Shown: positions 10,447 to 20,310, numbered from the stretch's first letter. The stretch: DNA of 64,000 nt from Candidatus Omnitrophota bacterium (GCA_023248155.1 JAHFFE010000002.1:42263-106262); one strand, 5' to 3'. The notes: a model not told the origin generated them from the sequence alone. Made by a program: numbers and translations.

Positions 10447-10917
10447 ATGACCACTTATCTGACGAAAGCCGGCATCCTCAAGCTTGAGGAGGAAATCAAA
10501 CAGCTTCGCAAACAAAAAGCGGAATTAACCGATGAGGTCCGCAAAGCGCGCGAACATGGCGACCTGCGCGAGAATGCCGAATACCATGCGGCCAAGGAAC
10601 GATTAACACAGGTGGTCGAAAAGCTGGGCGACCTTCAATTCAAGATGGTTGACGTCACGGTGGTCGATCCATCGCAGCAAAAAGCCGATATGGCTGTTCT
10701 GGGTATGCGCATCAAAGTAAAAGACCTCACCACAAAACAGACCGATGAATATACGCTGGTCGGCCCCGACGAGACCGATGCCGCCGCCGGAAAAATCTCC
10801 ATTCAGGCGCCGCTGGGCCGCGCTTTCCTGGGCCATAAAGTCGGTGAAAAAATAACCGTCGCTCTTCCGGCCGGGCCCCGCCCGTTTGAAATTCTCTCCA
10901 TTAAAATCGCCGACTGA
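10447..10917 (+). CDS. greA: Transcription elongation factor GreA
   Basis: 156 aa. N-terminal coiled coil with LTKAGILKLEEEIKQL and DLRENAEYHAAKE acidic-tip motifs, plus C-terminal FKBP-like domain. Confidence 0.9.
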   Translation: MTTYLTKAGILKLEEEIKQLRKQKAELTDEVRKAREHGDLRENAEYHAAKERLTQVVEKLGDLQFKMVDVTVVDPSQQKADMAVLGMRIKVKDLTTKQTDEYTLVGPDETDAAAGKISIQAPLGRAFLGHKVGEKITVALPAGPRPFEILSIKIAD

Positions 10918-12103
10918 TCGCGGCCTGATTTACGCGGCCGCGTTTTTGCGCGCGCTCGCCATTGGCCTTCTCGGTGTTTTATTCGCTTTGACGCTGGCCG
11001 CGCGCGGACTGCGCGCCGGTGAAATCGGAGCGCTGGTCGCCGTCGGCATCGCCGGATGCGCCTGCGGCACATTCTTCGTCGGATTCTGGGCCGATTCGTT
11101 CGGCCGCCGCAATACGCTGCTGCTGCTTTCCGCGTTGTCGGTTTTCGGCGCTATTCTTCTGCTGATCTCCCAATCGTTCATCGTTTTGCTGGCAGCCTGT
11201 TTCATTGGCATGGTCAATGCCATGGGGCGGGAGCGCGGCGCTTTCTTTACGCTGGAACAGGCGATCCTTCCAGAGTCGATCGATGCCGCCGGCCGCACGC
11301 ACGCGTTGGCCTGGTACAACGTGATGATCGACGCCGGCCAGGCGACCGGCGCGCTGATGGGCGGTCTGCCGTTTTTACTGCGCCGGCAGTGGGCGGTTCC
11401 CGAGGTGCAGTCGTATCAAACGCTCTGGTGGATTTACCTTGCTCTGGCGCTGGGCTGCCTGCTGCTCTACACCCGGCTAAGCACCGCCGTCGAAATTCAT
11501 GGGCCTATGCCCTGGCATCAGGTTTCCAAAAATTCCCGTAGTATCATTACCCGGTTAAGTCTTTTATTCGGCTTCGATAGTCTGGCCGGCGGATTTTTGC
11601 CCAGCAGTTTGATCGCCTACTGGTTTTTTAAACGGTTTGGCGTCGGGGAAGAACTCGCGGCGCCTTTATTTTTCTTCTCGCACATCGCCAACGCGGTTTC
11701 GTATCTGGTGGCGGTCCGGCTGGCCAGGCGGATCGGTCTGGTCAAGACGATGGTTTTCACGCATATCCCGGGCAACATTTGCCTGATGGCAATTCCGTTC
11801 GCGCCCAGCCTGCCGATTGCCGCTCTGCTTTATTTCTTGCGCGAATGTCTGGTGGAAATGGATGTTCCGACGCGCCAGTCGTATGTGATGGCCGTGGTGG
11901 CTCCCGGCGAACGGACGATGGCCGCCGGCATTACCAACATGACGCGGCTCTGCGCCTGGACCGTGGCGCCGACGCTGGCCGGGCTGGCGATGCAGTCGGC
12001 CGCGATGAGCGTTCCGTTGGTGCTGGGCGGCGGCATGAAAATTGTTTATGACGGCATGCTCTATTATTCGTTCCGTTCTATCAAGCCGCCCGAGGAATTA
12101 TGA
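10886..12103 (+). CDS. MFS transporter
   Basis: About 12 predicted TM helices; GRRNTLL and D/R-containing loop motifs typical of MFS. Start overlaps the greA 3' end by 32 nt. Confidence 0.7.
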   Translation: MKFSPLKSPTDRGLIYAAAFLRALAIGLLGVLFALTLAARGLRAGEIGALVAVGIAGCACGTFFVGFWADSFGRRNTLLLLSALSVFGAILLLISQSFIVLLAACFIGMVNAMGRERGAFFTLEQAILPESIDAAGRTHALAWYNVMIDAGQATGALMGGLPFLLRRQWAVPEVQSYQTLWWIYLALALGCLLLYTRLSTAVEIHGPMPWHQVSKNSRSIITRLSLLFGFDSLAGGFLPSSLIAYWFFKRFGVGEELAAPLFFFSHIANAVSYLVAVRLARRIGLVKTMVFTHIPGNICLMAIPFAPSLPIAALLYFLRECLVEMDVPTRQSYVMAVVAPGERTMAAGITNMTRLCAWTVAPTLAGLAMQSAAMSVPLVLGGGMKIVYDGMLYYSFRSIKPPEEL

Positions 12104-12459
12104 TTACCGTAATCATTGATGGGAATAATGTCTTTCGCGCGCTGGGCGTCTGGAAAGATCCCGCGGCTGAAGGTTTTTTGCAGGAACTGGAAATGGCTGC
12201 CATTGAAAAAGACTGGCAGGTGATGGTGGTGTTCGACGGCCCGGCGCGGTATCTGCCGCGTGAAACCGGCCCGCTGATCGTTCAGTACGGTAACGGCCGG
12301 CAGGCCGATACGCTGATCGAGCGTATGGTCTATGAAAGCAAAGACCGTTTTTCCGTCATTGTCGTTACGCGCGATTACTCAGTCGCCGATGTGGCACGCG
12401 GTTTCGGCGCGCGGTCCTGGCTGCCGGAAATGTTGAAGCAGGAGATCAATTCCAAATAG
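12100..12459 (+). CDS. NYN/YacP-like PIN-fold RNA-binding protein
   Basis: 119 aa. MITVIIDGNNV…VVFDG…VVTRD fits the YacP/NYN domain pattern. ATGA overlap with the MFS gene. Confidence 0.6.
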   Translation: MITVIIDGNNVFRALGVWKDPAAEGFLQELEMAAIEKDWQVMVVFDGPARYLPRETGPLIVQYGNGRQADTLIERMVYESKDRFSVIVVTRDYSVADVARGFGARSWLPEMLKQEINSK

Positions 12460-12496
12460 CGTTGCGGACGGTTTTTAATTCATATAAAGTATCCCT

Positions 12497-13051
12497 ATGA
12501 GCAAAAACCCGCGCATTCTTCCGATTGAGAAGAAGAGCGATATTCCTTCCAAATACCGCGGTACGCCGATCGGATCGTTTGCCGGATACCATAACCTCGG
12601 CCTGCCGGTGAAGCCGTTCACCGGGGCGCAGATGCTGGTCGGCATGTGCATGGATAACCGCAAGCATTTGAATATCCCGGATAATTTTGCCTATATCATC
12701 CGCGCGGCGGGCGCGAATCTGCGGTACAGCGAATTTAAAATTTCGTATGCCATCGGTGTAGGCGGTGTCTCGCATCTGGCGTTGATCGGTCATACGCAGT
12801 GCGGCATGCAGAACCTGGCCGGAAAAAAAGCGGCGTTCATCCGCGGACTCGTGAAGCGGGCCGGTTGGAACAAGCGCCAGGCCGAAGAACATTTTCTGAA
12901 TTTTTGTATGATGTTTGAAATTGGATCGGTGCAGCGATTTATTGTGAGCGAAGTGATGCGGCTGCGTGCCCGTTATCCGAAAATCTCCGTGGCACCGATG
13001 CTCTATAAAGTCGAAGACAGCCGGCTCTATTTTCTGGAAGACGGTTCTTAG
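12497..13051 (+). CDS. Beta-class carbonic anhydrase-like protein
   Basis: CMDNR (CxDxR) and HTQCG (HxxCG) zinc-ligand motifs of beta-CA. Confidence 0.65.
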   Translation: MSKNPRILPIEKKSDIPSKYRGTPIGSFAGYHNLGLPVKPFTGAQMLVGMCMDNRKHLNIPDNFAYIIRAAGANLRYSEFKISYAIGVGGVSHLALIGHTQCGMQNLAGKKAAFIRGLVKRAGWNKRQAEEHFLNFCMMFEIGSVQRFIVSEVMRLRARYPKISVAPMLYKVEDSRLYFLEDGS

Positions 13052-13068
13052 CAAGGGGAGAAAAGACC

Positions 13069-13620
13069 ATGATGGGATGGATTGTTTTAGCGCTCGTCGC
13101 AGTAATCGTGTTGTGGGCGGTGTCGGTTTACAATCAGCTCACGCAGTTGAAAATCCGGGCCGACGGTTCCTGGTCGGACATTGATGTCCAGTTGAAGCGG
13201 CGGCATGATTTGATTCCCAACCTGGTCGAGACGGTGAAGGGCTATGCCGCGCATGAACAGAAAGTTTTTCAAGCGGTTACCGAAGCGCGCTCCCGCGCGA
13301 TGCAGGCCGAAAACCCGGTTTCCCGTGGACAGGCCGAAGCCGGATTATCCGGCGCTCTGAAAAGCCTGTTCGCCGTGGCTGAAGGTTATCCGCAGCTGCG
13401 CGCCAGTGAAAATTTTCAGGGCCTGCAAAGTTCACTGACGCAGACGGAAGAAGCGATCCAGAGCGCGCGCCGCTATTACAACGCCGTCGTGCGCGATTAC
13501 AACACCAAGGTCAGCGTGATTCCGGACCGTTTTGTCGCCGGTGCGGCCGGTTTTCAGGCCAAGGAATTTTTCCAACCCGACAGCGCGGAAGAGCGGCAGA
13601 ACACCAAGGTTTCGTTCTAG
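13069..13620 (+). CDS. LemA family membrane protein
   Basis: N-terminal TM, then YNQL…LKRRHDLIPNLVETVKGYA…, the conserved LemA signature. Confidence 0.85.
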   Translation: MMGWIVLALVAVIVLWAVSVYNQLTQLKIRADGSWSDIDVQLKRRHDLIPNLVETVKGYAAHEQKVFQAVTEARSRAMQAENPVSRGQAEAGLSGALKSLFAVAEGYPQLRASENFQGLQSSLTQTEEAIQSARRYYNAVVRDYNTKVSVIPDRFVAGAAGFQAKEFFQPDSAEERQNTKVSF

Positions 13621-13634
13621 AGCTGGTTTCGTAA

Positions 13635-15374
13635 ATGACAAGTGCTGTCATTTCTCCGCCAGAGGCGGACCCGCCGATCGTTTTGGCGGGGAGGTTCCCC
13701 TCCCGCCGAGAAATCTTGGGGTTTTTCTTTAGCGCATTCTTTTTCTTGGCAGTTCCTGTTGCCTGGGCCTGGGAAATTGAATCGTTTGATGCCGATCTGA
13801 CCGTCGAGAAAAACGGTTCTCTGCTGGTCACCGAGCATATTCAGGTTGATTTTCAGGGCGAACAGAAACACGGCATCTACCGCGACATTCCGATCCGCGC
13901 GACCGATACCTCCGGAAAATCGCGGCCGATCTTTATCGAATTTCTCGGCGCTTCCGATGAACAGGACACTCCGTGGGGTGCGCAGGTTTCCCGGCAGGGC
14001 GAGTTCCGCCACATTCGCCTGGGTTCTTCCGATAGAACTTATTCCGGCCGCAAACTGTTTGCGATTTCTTACACCGTCCAGAATGCGTTCGACGCCTATC
14101 CCGATTACGATGAACTCTACTGGAACGTGACCGGTAACCAGTGGCAGGTTGCGATCCGGCATGCATCCGCCGCGATTCATTTTCCTCCCGCAATTTCCGC
14201 CAGAGAGATAAAATTCACCGCGTATACCGGTGCTTATGGTTCCAGGGAACAGTCGGTACAAATGACGCGTGTTGATCCGGCCACCGTGCGGTATGAAGCG
14301 ACCCGTTCATTCGCTCCCGGCGAGGGATTAACGGTCGTGGCCGGATGGCCGAAGGGGCTGGTTCCGCTTCCATCGGAAGCCCAGCGGGTGGGCTGGCTGC
14401 TTTCGGAGAACCGGCTCTGGTTTATTCCATTTCTGGTTGCGATTGGCATGTTCGCGATTTGGTGGCGGTTCGGAAAAGATATGTCGCCGGGATCGGTGGC
14501 GACTCGGTATGAGCCGCCTGAAAACATCAGTCCGGCCGAAGCCGGATTTTTGTTGAGTGAACGGGAGCAACTTTCGCAGGTGACCGCCACGCTGGTCGAT
14601 CTCTCCAGCCGTGGTTTTTTGCAGATTGAGCCGTTTCGGGGAGATGATTACCGCCTCAGCTTGGCATCCCCCCCACGATCATTGTCCCAACTCAAACCGC
14701 ACGAAAAATTTTTATTGGAAGATGTCTTTGCAGAATCTTCCGGCATTGTGCTTTTATCCGAGCTTGAAAACAAATTTTATTCGAAACTGCCTGGTATTCA
14801 GGGCGCGATTTATAATCAACTGACTGCGCAGTCGTACTGGTACGGACGTCCCGGAAATGTGCGTTCCATCTGGAACATCACAGCTTTTTACCTTTTGGGG
14901 ATCATGACTTTTATTACTCAGCCGTCCGATCTGTGGGATCTGTTTCCGGCAGTTGCTTCCGCAGGGGTCATTTGCTTATTCGGCCAGTTTATGCCGCGGC
15001 GGACATGGAAGGGCGTTCAAGCGCGCCGGGAATTGCTGGGCCTGAAAGAATTTTTATCGCGTACCGACGAAGATCGGATCCGCCGGGAAAAAGACCCTAA
15101 AATTTTGTTTGAACGGATGATGCCGTACGCGATGGTGTTTGGCGTAGCAGGGGCCTGGGCGCATACCTTCGAGAAATTATATAAGGAAGATCCGGCCCGG
15201 TACGGTTTTTCAAACGGCTATTCTCCAATGCTTTTTTATCACCGCTGGGATCTGGCGCAGCAACGGATGAATACAGTGCTGGCTTCTGCGCCGCGCAGCA
15301 GCGGCAGCGGATTTTCCGGCGGAGGCGGTTTCAGCGGCGGCGGTGGGGGTGGCGGCGGCGGCGGGTCATGGTAA
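13635..15374 (+). CDS. DUF2207 domain membrane protein (LemA partner) with a C-terminal poly-Gly tail
   Basis: Signal/TM at the N-terminus, internal TM pairs, C-terminal SGSGFSGGGGFSGGGGGGGGGGSW tail characteristic of DUF2207. Immediately downstream of LemA. Confidence 0.75.
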   Translation: MTSAVISPPEADPPIVLAGRFPSRREILGFFFSAFFFLAVPVAWAWEIESFDADLTVEKNGSLLVTEHIQVDFQGEQKHGIYRDIPIRATDTSGKSRPIFIEFLGASDEQDTPWGAQVSRQGEFRHIRLGSSDRTYSGRKLFAISYTVQNAFDAYPDYDELYWNVTGNQWQVAIRHASAAIHFPPAISAREIKFTAYTGAYGSREQSVQMTRVDPATVRYEATRSFAPGEGLTVVAGWPKGLVPLPSEAQRVGWLLSENRLWFIPFLVAIGMFAIWWRFGKDMSPGSVATRYEPPENISPAEAGFLLSEREQLSQVTATLVDLSSRGFLQIEPFRGDDYRLSLASPPRSLSQLKPHEKFLLEDVFAESSGIVLLSELENKFYSKLPGIQGAIYNQLTAQSYWYGRPGNVRSIWNITAFYLLGIMTFITQPSDLWDLFPAVASAGVICLFGQFMPRRTWKGVQARRELLGLKEFLSRTDEDRIRREKDPKILFERMMPYAMVFGVAGAWAHTFEKLYKEDPARYGFSNGYSPMLFYHRWDLAQQRMNTVLASAPRSSGSGFSGGGGFSGGGGGGGGGGSW

Positions 15375-15403
15375 ATAGAGTACAGGTAAGGTAGAATTTT
15401 AAA

Positions 15404-16048
15404 ATGAGTTCTAAAAATATTGAGCGGTTGGAAGAAAAGATGTCCGGCCTTGAGCCGGAGTCGCTGCGGTACCAGACACTGAAAGCGGCCAAACAGTTTA
15501 AACTTTCCTGGATTGAACTGGGCCAGATGCTGTGGACCGTCTACAAGGACAAGAAATTCCGCGAATGGGGCTATCTCGCGTTTGATGCCTATTGCTCCAA
15601 AGAAGTCGGCATCCGCGAAGCGACCGCCAAAAAACTTCTGCAGTCCTACTACTTTCTGGAAAAAGAAGAGCCGACCATTCTTCGCCAGTTGAAAGAAGAG
15701 ACGACGCCTGAAAAAATGCCGTCGCCCGATTCGGTGAATCTGCTGCGCCTGCTTAAAAACAAGCCCGAGGTGACCGAGCAAAGTTATCAGAAAGTGCGCG
15801 GCTATGTGCTTGAGAAGGGCAAGGAAGCGCCCGAGATCCGCAAAGAAGTTAAAACCATTTTAGACGAGTCCCGGACCGACGACGAAGATCCGGAAGAAGC
15901 GCGCGATCAGCGGACCCGTACGACGGTCCGCCGCATGGTCGGAACGTTGAAATCGATCCGCCAGCAGTTGACGACCGGCGATCTGGTTCCGGAAAAACTG
16001 TTGAAAGAGATCGACGCGCTTTCTGAAAAACTCGAGGGGATTCTTTAG
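15404..16048 (+). CDS. Hypothetical acidic, K/E-rich protein
   Basis: 214-aa ORF directly after the DUF2207 gene; no recognisable motif. Confidence 0.4.
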   Translation: MSSKNIERLEEKMSGLEPESLRYQTLKAAKQFKLSWIELGQMLWTVYKDKKFREWGYLAFDAYCSKEVGIREATAKKLLQSYYFLEKEEPTILRQLKEETTPEKMPSPDSVNLLRLLKNKPEVTEQSYQKVRGYVLEKGKEAPEIRKEVKTILDESRTDDEDPEEARDQRTRTTVRRMVGTLKSIRQQLTTGDLVPEKLLKEIDALSEKLEGIL

Positions 16049-16055
16049 AACCGGC

Positions 16056-16418
16056 ATGGAACCATGGCCGGTCCGGTTTGCAGTTTGGATGAGTCAAAGA
16101 AATGGCCGTTCGTTCGCGCGCGCACTGCATTCGAAAATGCGTCAGCGCGGTTTGTTGACGACGGCATCGCTTCCGATGGAACAATGGAATTTGTTTTTAG
16201 ACGGCCGGCTTGGCTGGAAAATGCTGGGTCCCGGCCGGTATCAATTTACCGACGGGCAGACGCTCTCGCTGAAACAGTTTTCGACAGCCGATGCCCTGGT
16301 GGAGAAACTTGCAGCAATTGAATTAACAGCGGTCAGCCGCGAATTGCCGCCGCCGTTACAGGCGCGCGTGATTGATGAGGCGATTCGTGCGGCAATGACC
16401 GAATGGAAACGGAGATAA
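16056..16418 (+). CDS. Hypothetical protein
   Basis: 120-aa ORF, tightly spaced with its neighbours; no motif recognised. Confidence 0.35.
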   Translation: MEPWPVRFAVWMSQRNGRSFARALHSKMRQRGLLTTASLPMEQWNLFLDGRLGWKMLGPGRYQFTDGQTLSLKQFSTADALVEKLAAIELTAVSRELPPPLQARVIDEAIRAAMTEWKRR

Positions 16419-16424
16419 GCACCG

Positions 16425-17681
16425 ATGACACCCATTGGATTAAAGCGGGGCCTTCGAACCCCGTTTGTGAAAATGAGCAAGGAGTTCGCCCGCCTTAACG
16501 CGGTTAAACTTTCAACCCGGCTGATTGACGCCATTCTTGAGAAACAGCTGGTTCCGGCCGACCGGATTCAGCACCTGATCTGGGGCAGTGTAGTGGCCGA
16601 CCCGAATATTTATTCAATCGGCCGCGAAGCGGTACTGGGATCGAAGCTGGACAATCGCGTCGAGGCTTACAGCGTCACGCGCGCCTGCGCCACATCGTTG
16701 CAGGCGGCGGCGAATGCGGTTACCTATTACCAGACTTTTCCGGGCGATGCTTCGATCGCGCTGGTCGGCGGCGTCGAATCATTTTCAACGGCCCGTCCTG
16801 TGATTACCGACGAAGCGGCCGCATTTTTTCAGACGATGGCGTCCAAGGCCTCGGTATTTCAGAAGCTGGGCGCTTTTATTAAAACGCCGTTCTGGAAATT
16901 AATGCCGACAGCGCCGTCGGCCAAGGAATATTCGACCGGCCTGACTATGGGCCAGCATTGCGAACAGATGGTGAAAGCGTTTAAAGTTTCACGCCAACGG
17001 CAGGATCGTCTGGCGCTTGCATCGCATCAGAACGCCGTGAAAGCGCGGCCGTTTCTGGCGTCGCAGTTGGTCACCATCGACGGCACGGCGAAAGATACGC
17101 TGATCCGCCAGGACACCTCACTGCAGGCGCTGGGGGCGCTGGCTCCCGTCTTTGACCGCTCGAGCGCGGGAACATTGACGGCCGGCAACTCCAGCCCGTT
17201 AACCGACGGCGCGGCGGCGTTATTCTGCATTTCTCCGTCGCTGGAACGGGTCGTTCCCCCCGAGGCCTACCTGTCTGATTTTGAATTTGTCGGCGTGGAA
17301 CCGAAGGACGGACTTTTGATGGGACCGGGTAAGGCGATGCTGCGCATTCTACAGCGCCGTAAACTGCGCTGGAACGAAATCGATTATGTCGAATTTCATG
17401 AAGCGTTTGCCGGGCAGGTCCTCTGCAACATCGAGGCGATCAACAGCCCGGTCTACCGCAAAAATAGTTACGGCATTGATTATGATGCCGGCACGCTCGA
17501 CGAAGCGCGCATCAATTCGTGGGGCGGCTCGGTCGCTTACGGCCATCCGTTCGGCGCCACCGGCGCCCGGATGCTCAACCAGGCGATTACCTATCTGATG
17601 GAGACCAAGTCCCGCCGCGCGCTGATCGGCATCTGCACGGCCGGCGGTCTCGGCGGAGCGGCGCTTGTTGAGCGTCGATAA
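16425..17681 (+). CDS. Thiolase family protein (acetyl-CoA C-acyltransferase-like)
   Basis: Active-site Cys region (VTRACATSLQAAANA), NSWGGSVAYGHPFGATGARM, and C-terminal GICTAGGLGGAALVER (thiolase signature). Confidence 0.8.
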   Translation: MTPIGLKRGLRTPFVKMSKEFARLNAVKLSTRLIDAILEKQLVPADRIQHLIWGSVVADPNIYSIGREAVLGSKLDNRVEAYSVTRACATSLQAAANAVTYYQTFPGDASIALVGGVESFSTARPVITDEAAAFFQTMASKASVFQKLGAFIKTPFWKLMPTAPSAKEYSTGLTMGQHCEQMVKAFKVSRQRQDRLALASHQNAVKARPFLASQLVTIDGTAKDTLIRQDTSLQALGALAPVFDRSSAGTLTAGNSSPLTDGAAALFCISPSLERVVPPEAYLSDFEFVGVEPKDGLLMGPGKAMLRILQRRKLRWNEIDYVEFHEAFAGQVLCNIEAINSPVYRKNSYGIDYDAGTLDEARINSWGGSVAYGHPFGATGARMLNQAITYLMETKSRRALIGICTAGGLGGAALVERR

Positions 17682-18057
17682 CCGGTTGCGGTTTGTTGGG
17701 CTATGGCTGCCGGTTATCGCCTACATCGCGTTTATTTTCTGGCTCTCCTCGGCGCCGCGGACCGCGCCCTCTTTTTTAAAATGGCCCGGCGGCGATAAGG
17801 CGTTCCATACCGTTGAATATGCAGGCCTCGGTGTTTTGCTGCTGCGCGCGCTGAACGGATCCTGGCCGTCCAAATATGAATGGGGTCAGCTGATTCTGGC
17901 CGGCTGGTTTATCGCCATGATTATCGGCGGGCTCGATGAATATTATCAGCAGTTCACGCCGACGCGCTCCAGCAGCGTTCTCGACTGGTCGGCTGACGCC
18001 ATCGGCGCGTTGATGGGACAGATTCTCTACTGGTTAAAGGTCTCCAATAACCCCTAA
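17665..18057 (+). CDS. VanZ-like family membrane protein
   Basis: DKAFHTVEYAGLG and GGLDEYYQQFTPTRSSSVLDWSAD motifs typical of VanZ. Confidence 0.7.
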   Translation: MLSVDNRLRFVGLWLPVIAYIAFIFWLSSAPRTAPSFLKWPGGDKAFHTVEYAGLGVLLLRALNGSWPSKYEWGQLILAGWFIAMIIGGLDEYYQQFTPTRSSSVLDWSADAIGALMGQILYWLKVSNNP

Positions 18058-18118
18058 GCTTACTTCCCGTTTTTCCGAGCGGTCCCGCTGGGATTTAACT
18101 CAAAACCGGCTCGCTCTT

Positions 18119-19231
18119 TTGCGGTCGCAATTATCGGCGCAAGGCACCCCGGTAATTGATCTGACCGTTTCCAATCCGACGGCTATTGGGTTAACCTATC
18201 CGCCGGAATGGGTCGACGAACTGGCCGATCCGGCTGTTTTTTCGTACGCGCCCGACCCGAAAGGACTTTCGCTCGCGCGCCGCTCGGTCGCCGCTCTCTT
18301 TTCGAAAAAAGGGGTTCCGGTTACTGAAGAACAAATTGTTTTAACGGCCAGCACCAGCGAAGCGTATTCCTGGCTGTTTAAACTGTTGGGCGATCCCGGC
18401 AGTAATGTTTTGGTTCCTACGCCCAGTTATCCGTTATTTGGTTATCTGGCCGGCTTGAATGATCTGGAAGCCGTCCCTTATTTTTTACGCCGTACCGGCG
18501 ACGGCCCATGGCACCTGGACCGCGAATCGGTGGTCGCTGCGTTCGATGAAAAAACCTGCGCCGTGGTTGCCGTGCATCCAAACAATCCGACCGGCTCGGC
18601 GCTGCGCGCCGATGAAGCGCGCTGGCTGGCCGATTTTTGCGCCCAGCGCGGAGTTGCGCTGATTTCCGACGAGGTTTTCGCCGATTATTTGCACACGCCC
18701 GATCCGCAGATTCCGCCGACACTGCTGGGCAATTCCGGCGCGCTGACCTTTGCGCTGGGCGGGTTGTCCAAATTCGCGGCATTGCCGCAGATGAAAATGG
18801 GCTGGATCGCCTGCAACGGTCCGGCGGAGGATTGCGCGCAAGCGCTGGCGCGGCTGGAACTGATCGCCGACACCTATCTCTCGGTCAATACGCCGGTTCA
18901 GCGCGCGGCGCCGGCTTGGATTACGCAGGCCGACAGAATCCAGCAGCCGATCCGCAGCCGTTTGTCTGAGAATCTGAAATTTTTGCGCGAACAAACAGCC
19001 GCTGGATCCTGGCGTTTGTTGCCGTCGGACGGCGGCTGGAGCGCGGTGCTGCATAACCCGGCGCTGGCCGATGAAGAAACGTGGGCTGTTTCGCTGCTGG
19101 AAAAGAAAAATGTTTTTGTGCATCCCGGTTTCTTTTTTGATTTTGAACAGGAAGGATTTGTCGTCGTCAGTTTGTTGTGCGAACTCAAACAGTTCAGGGA
19201 AGGGATTACGCGGCTTTGCTCCCATGAATAA
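18119..19231 (+). CDS. PLP-dependent aminotransferase, class I/II fold
   Basis: Fold-type I aminotransferase pattern (…VIDLTVSNPT…, PSYPLF, GLSKFAALPQMKMGW with the likely Schiff-base Lys). The true start may be a non-ATG codon slightly upstream. Confidence 0.65.
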   Translation: MRSQLSAQGTPVIDLTVSNPTAIGLTYPPEWVDELADPAVFSYAPDPKGLSLARRSVAALFSKKGVPVTEEQIVLTASTSEAYSWLFKLLGDPGSNVLVPTPSYPLFGYLAGLNDLEAVPYFLRRTGDGPWHLDRESVVAAFDEKTCAVVAVHPNNPTGSALRADEARWLADFCAQRGVALISDEVFADYLHTPDPQIPPTLLGNSGALTFALGGLSKFAALPQMKMGWIACNGPAEDCAQALARLELIADTYLSVNTPVQRAAPAWITQADRIQQPIRSRLSENLKFLREQTAAGSWRLLPSDGGWSAVLHNPALADEETWAVSLLEKKNVFVHPGFFFDFEQEGFVVVSLLCELKQFREGITRLCSHE

Positions 19232-20015
19232 AAAAATCCTGATTAGCTTGGTTATTTTTGGCATGGCATCAACGGCGCTGGGCGCGGAATCAACGCGCTG
19301 GCCCTATCCGAAAGAATCGGGCCGGTATCAGGTGCGGCAGTTGTCCAACAACGCGATTCTCTGGACGATTGACTGGACTACCACCGTCACGCAGTCGTCC
19401 GGACATGCGCAAATTCAGATTACGGAAACCGGAGAAGGAAAAATCCCGAAATATAAACAGCCGGTCAAATGGACAAAACAATTTTCATTTAAAGAATCGG
19501 AGGGCGGCACGCTCTCTTTTGATGAAATGAAATCAACCCGCTCGCTTCAGAGTGGAGAGTTTGTGGATGCATCGACGGTCACCCGCGGTTCAGGCGGAAT
19601 CAGCTACCACGATGCCGAGAAGGGAAAGAAAGAAAAGCAGGGAAATTTCCCGGGCGGTCCCGATGTGTTGCCCGACGAGATGTTGTTTCATTGGGCGCGC
19701 ATGGTTCCGAAAGAGGGACCCTTGCCGCAGCCGGTGCGCGAAGCGCTTTTTATTCTATCCGCCGGCCGGGCCGTGACAATGCAGGCCCGCGTTGCGAAAG
19801 TGGAAACCGTTAAAGTGCCGGCCGGAGAATTTGCCTGCTACCGGATGGAGCTTGCACCCAAGTTGCCGGGCGGACTAAAAATGTTTGCCCCGAAAATGAC
19901 CATTTGGTGCCGGCAGGAAGCGCCCTATGCGTGGGTTCGCTATGAAGGGCCGCTGGGTGGAAGCCCCGGTGCCCCGCGCGCTATAATTGAATTAATGGAA
20001 TGGAGCCATCAATAA
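19224..20015 (+). CDS. Secreted hypothetical protein
   Basis: In-frame ATG at 19224 gives the signal peptide MNKKILISLVIFGMASTALGA. The track's 19071 start would overlap the aminotransferase. Confidence 0.5.
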   Translation: MNKKILISLVIFGMASTALGAESTRWPYPKESGRYQVRQLSNNAILWTIDWTTTVTQSSGHAQIQITETGEGKIPKYKQPVKWTKQFSFKESEGGTLSFDEMKSTRSLQSGEFVDASTVTRGSGGISYHDAEKGKKEKQGNFPGGPDVLPDEMLFHWARMVPKEGPLPQPVREALFILSAGRAVTMQARVAKVETVKVPAGEFACYRMELAPKLPGGLKMFAPKMTIWCRQEAPYAWVRYEGPLGGSPGAPRAIIELMEWSHQ

Positions 20016-20155
20016 TGAAGATCAAGTGTGACCAGTGCGAGCGCGCGTTCGATGATGTGCTGATGCAGATTTCGGATCAAAATGGACAGATTTTGTACCT
20101 GTGCCCGGAATGTTTCACGGGCCATGCCGAGCATCCGGCCGACGAACAACCCTAA
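20015..20155 (+). CDS. 46-aa zinc-ribbon micro-protein, translationally coupled (TAATG)
   Basis: MKIKCDQCERAFDDVLMQISDQNGQILYLCPECFTGHAEHPADEQP has two CxxC pairs. Its start codon overlaps the stop of the upstream gene. Confidence 0.45.
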   Translation: MKIKCDQCERAFDDVLMQISDQNGQILYLCPECFTGHAEHPADEQP

Positions 20156-20172
20156 AATTCTTCTCATTTCTT

Positions 20173-20310
20173 GAGTCAGTCCGGGAGCGGGTCCGTGAAC
20201 GCGCTCGAAATCGACTACCGATTTCTCGCTCCGGTTTCGGCCTTACCGGAAACCCCGCTGAAACGGCCTCAACAGGGTTCACGCGACCCATCTCCCGAAC
20301 TGCCTCTTAC
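20173..20310 (+). repeat. Copy 1 of a ~137-nt element with imperfect 15-bp terminal inverted repeats (MITE/REP-like or structured RNA)
   Basis: Near-identical to 51873..52009 (only a few mismatches). Ends gagtcagtccgggag…ctcccgaactgcctc are reverse complements; internal hairpin cgaaatcg-actac-cgatttcg. Lies just 3' of a stop codon. Confidence 0.7.
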
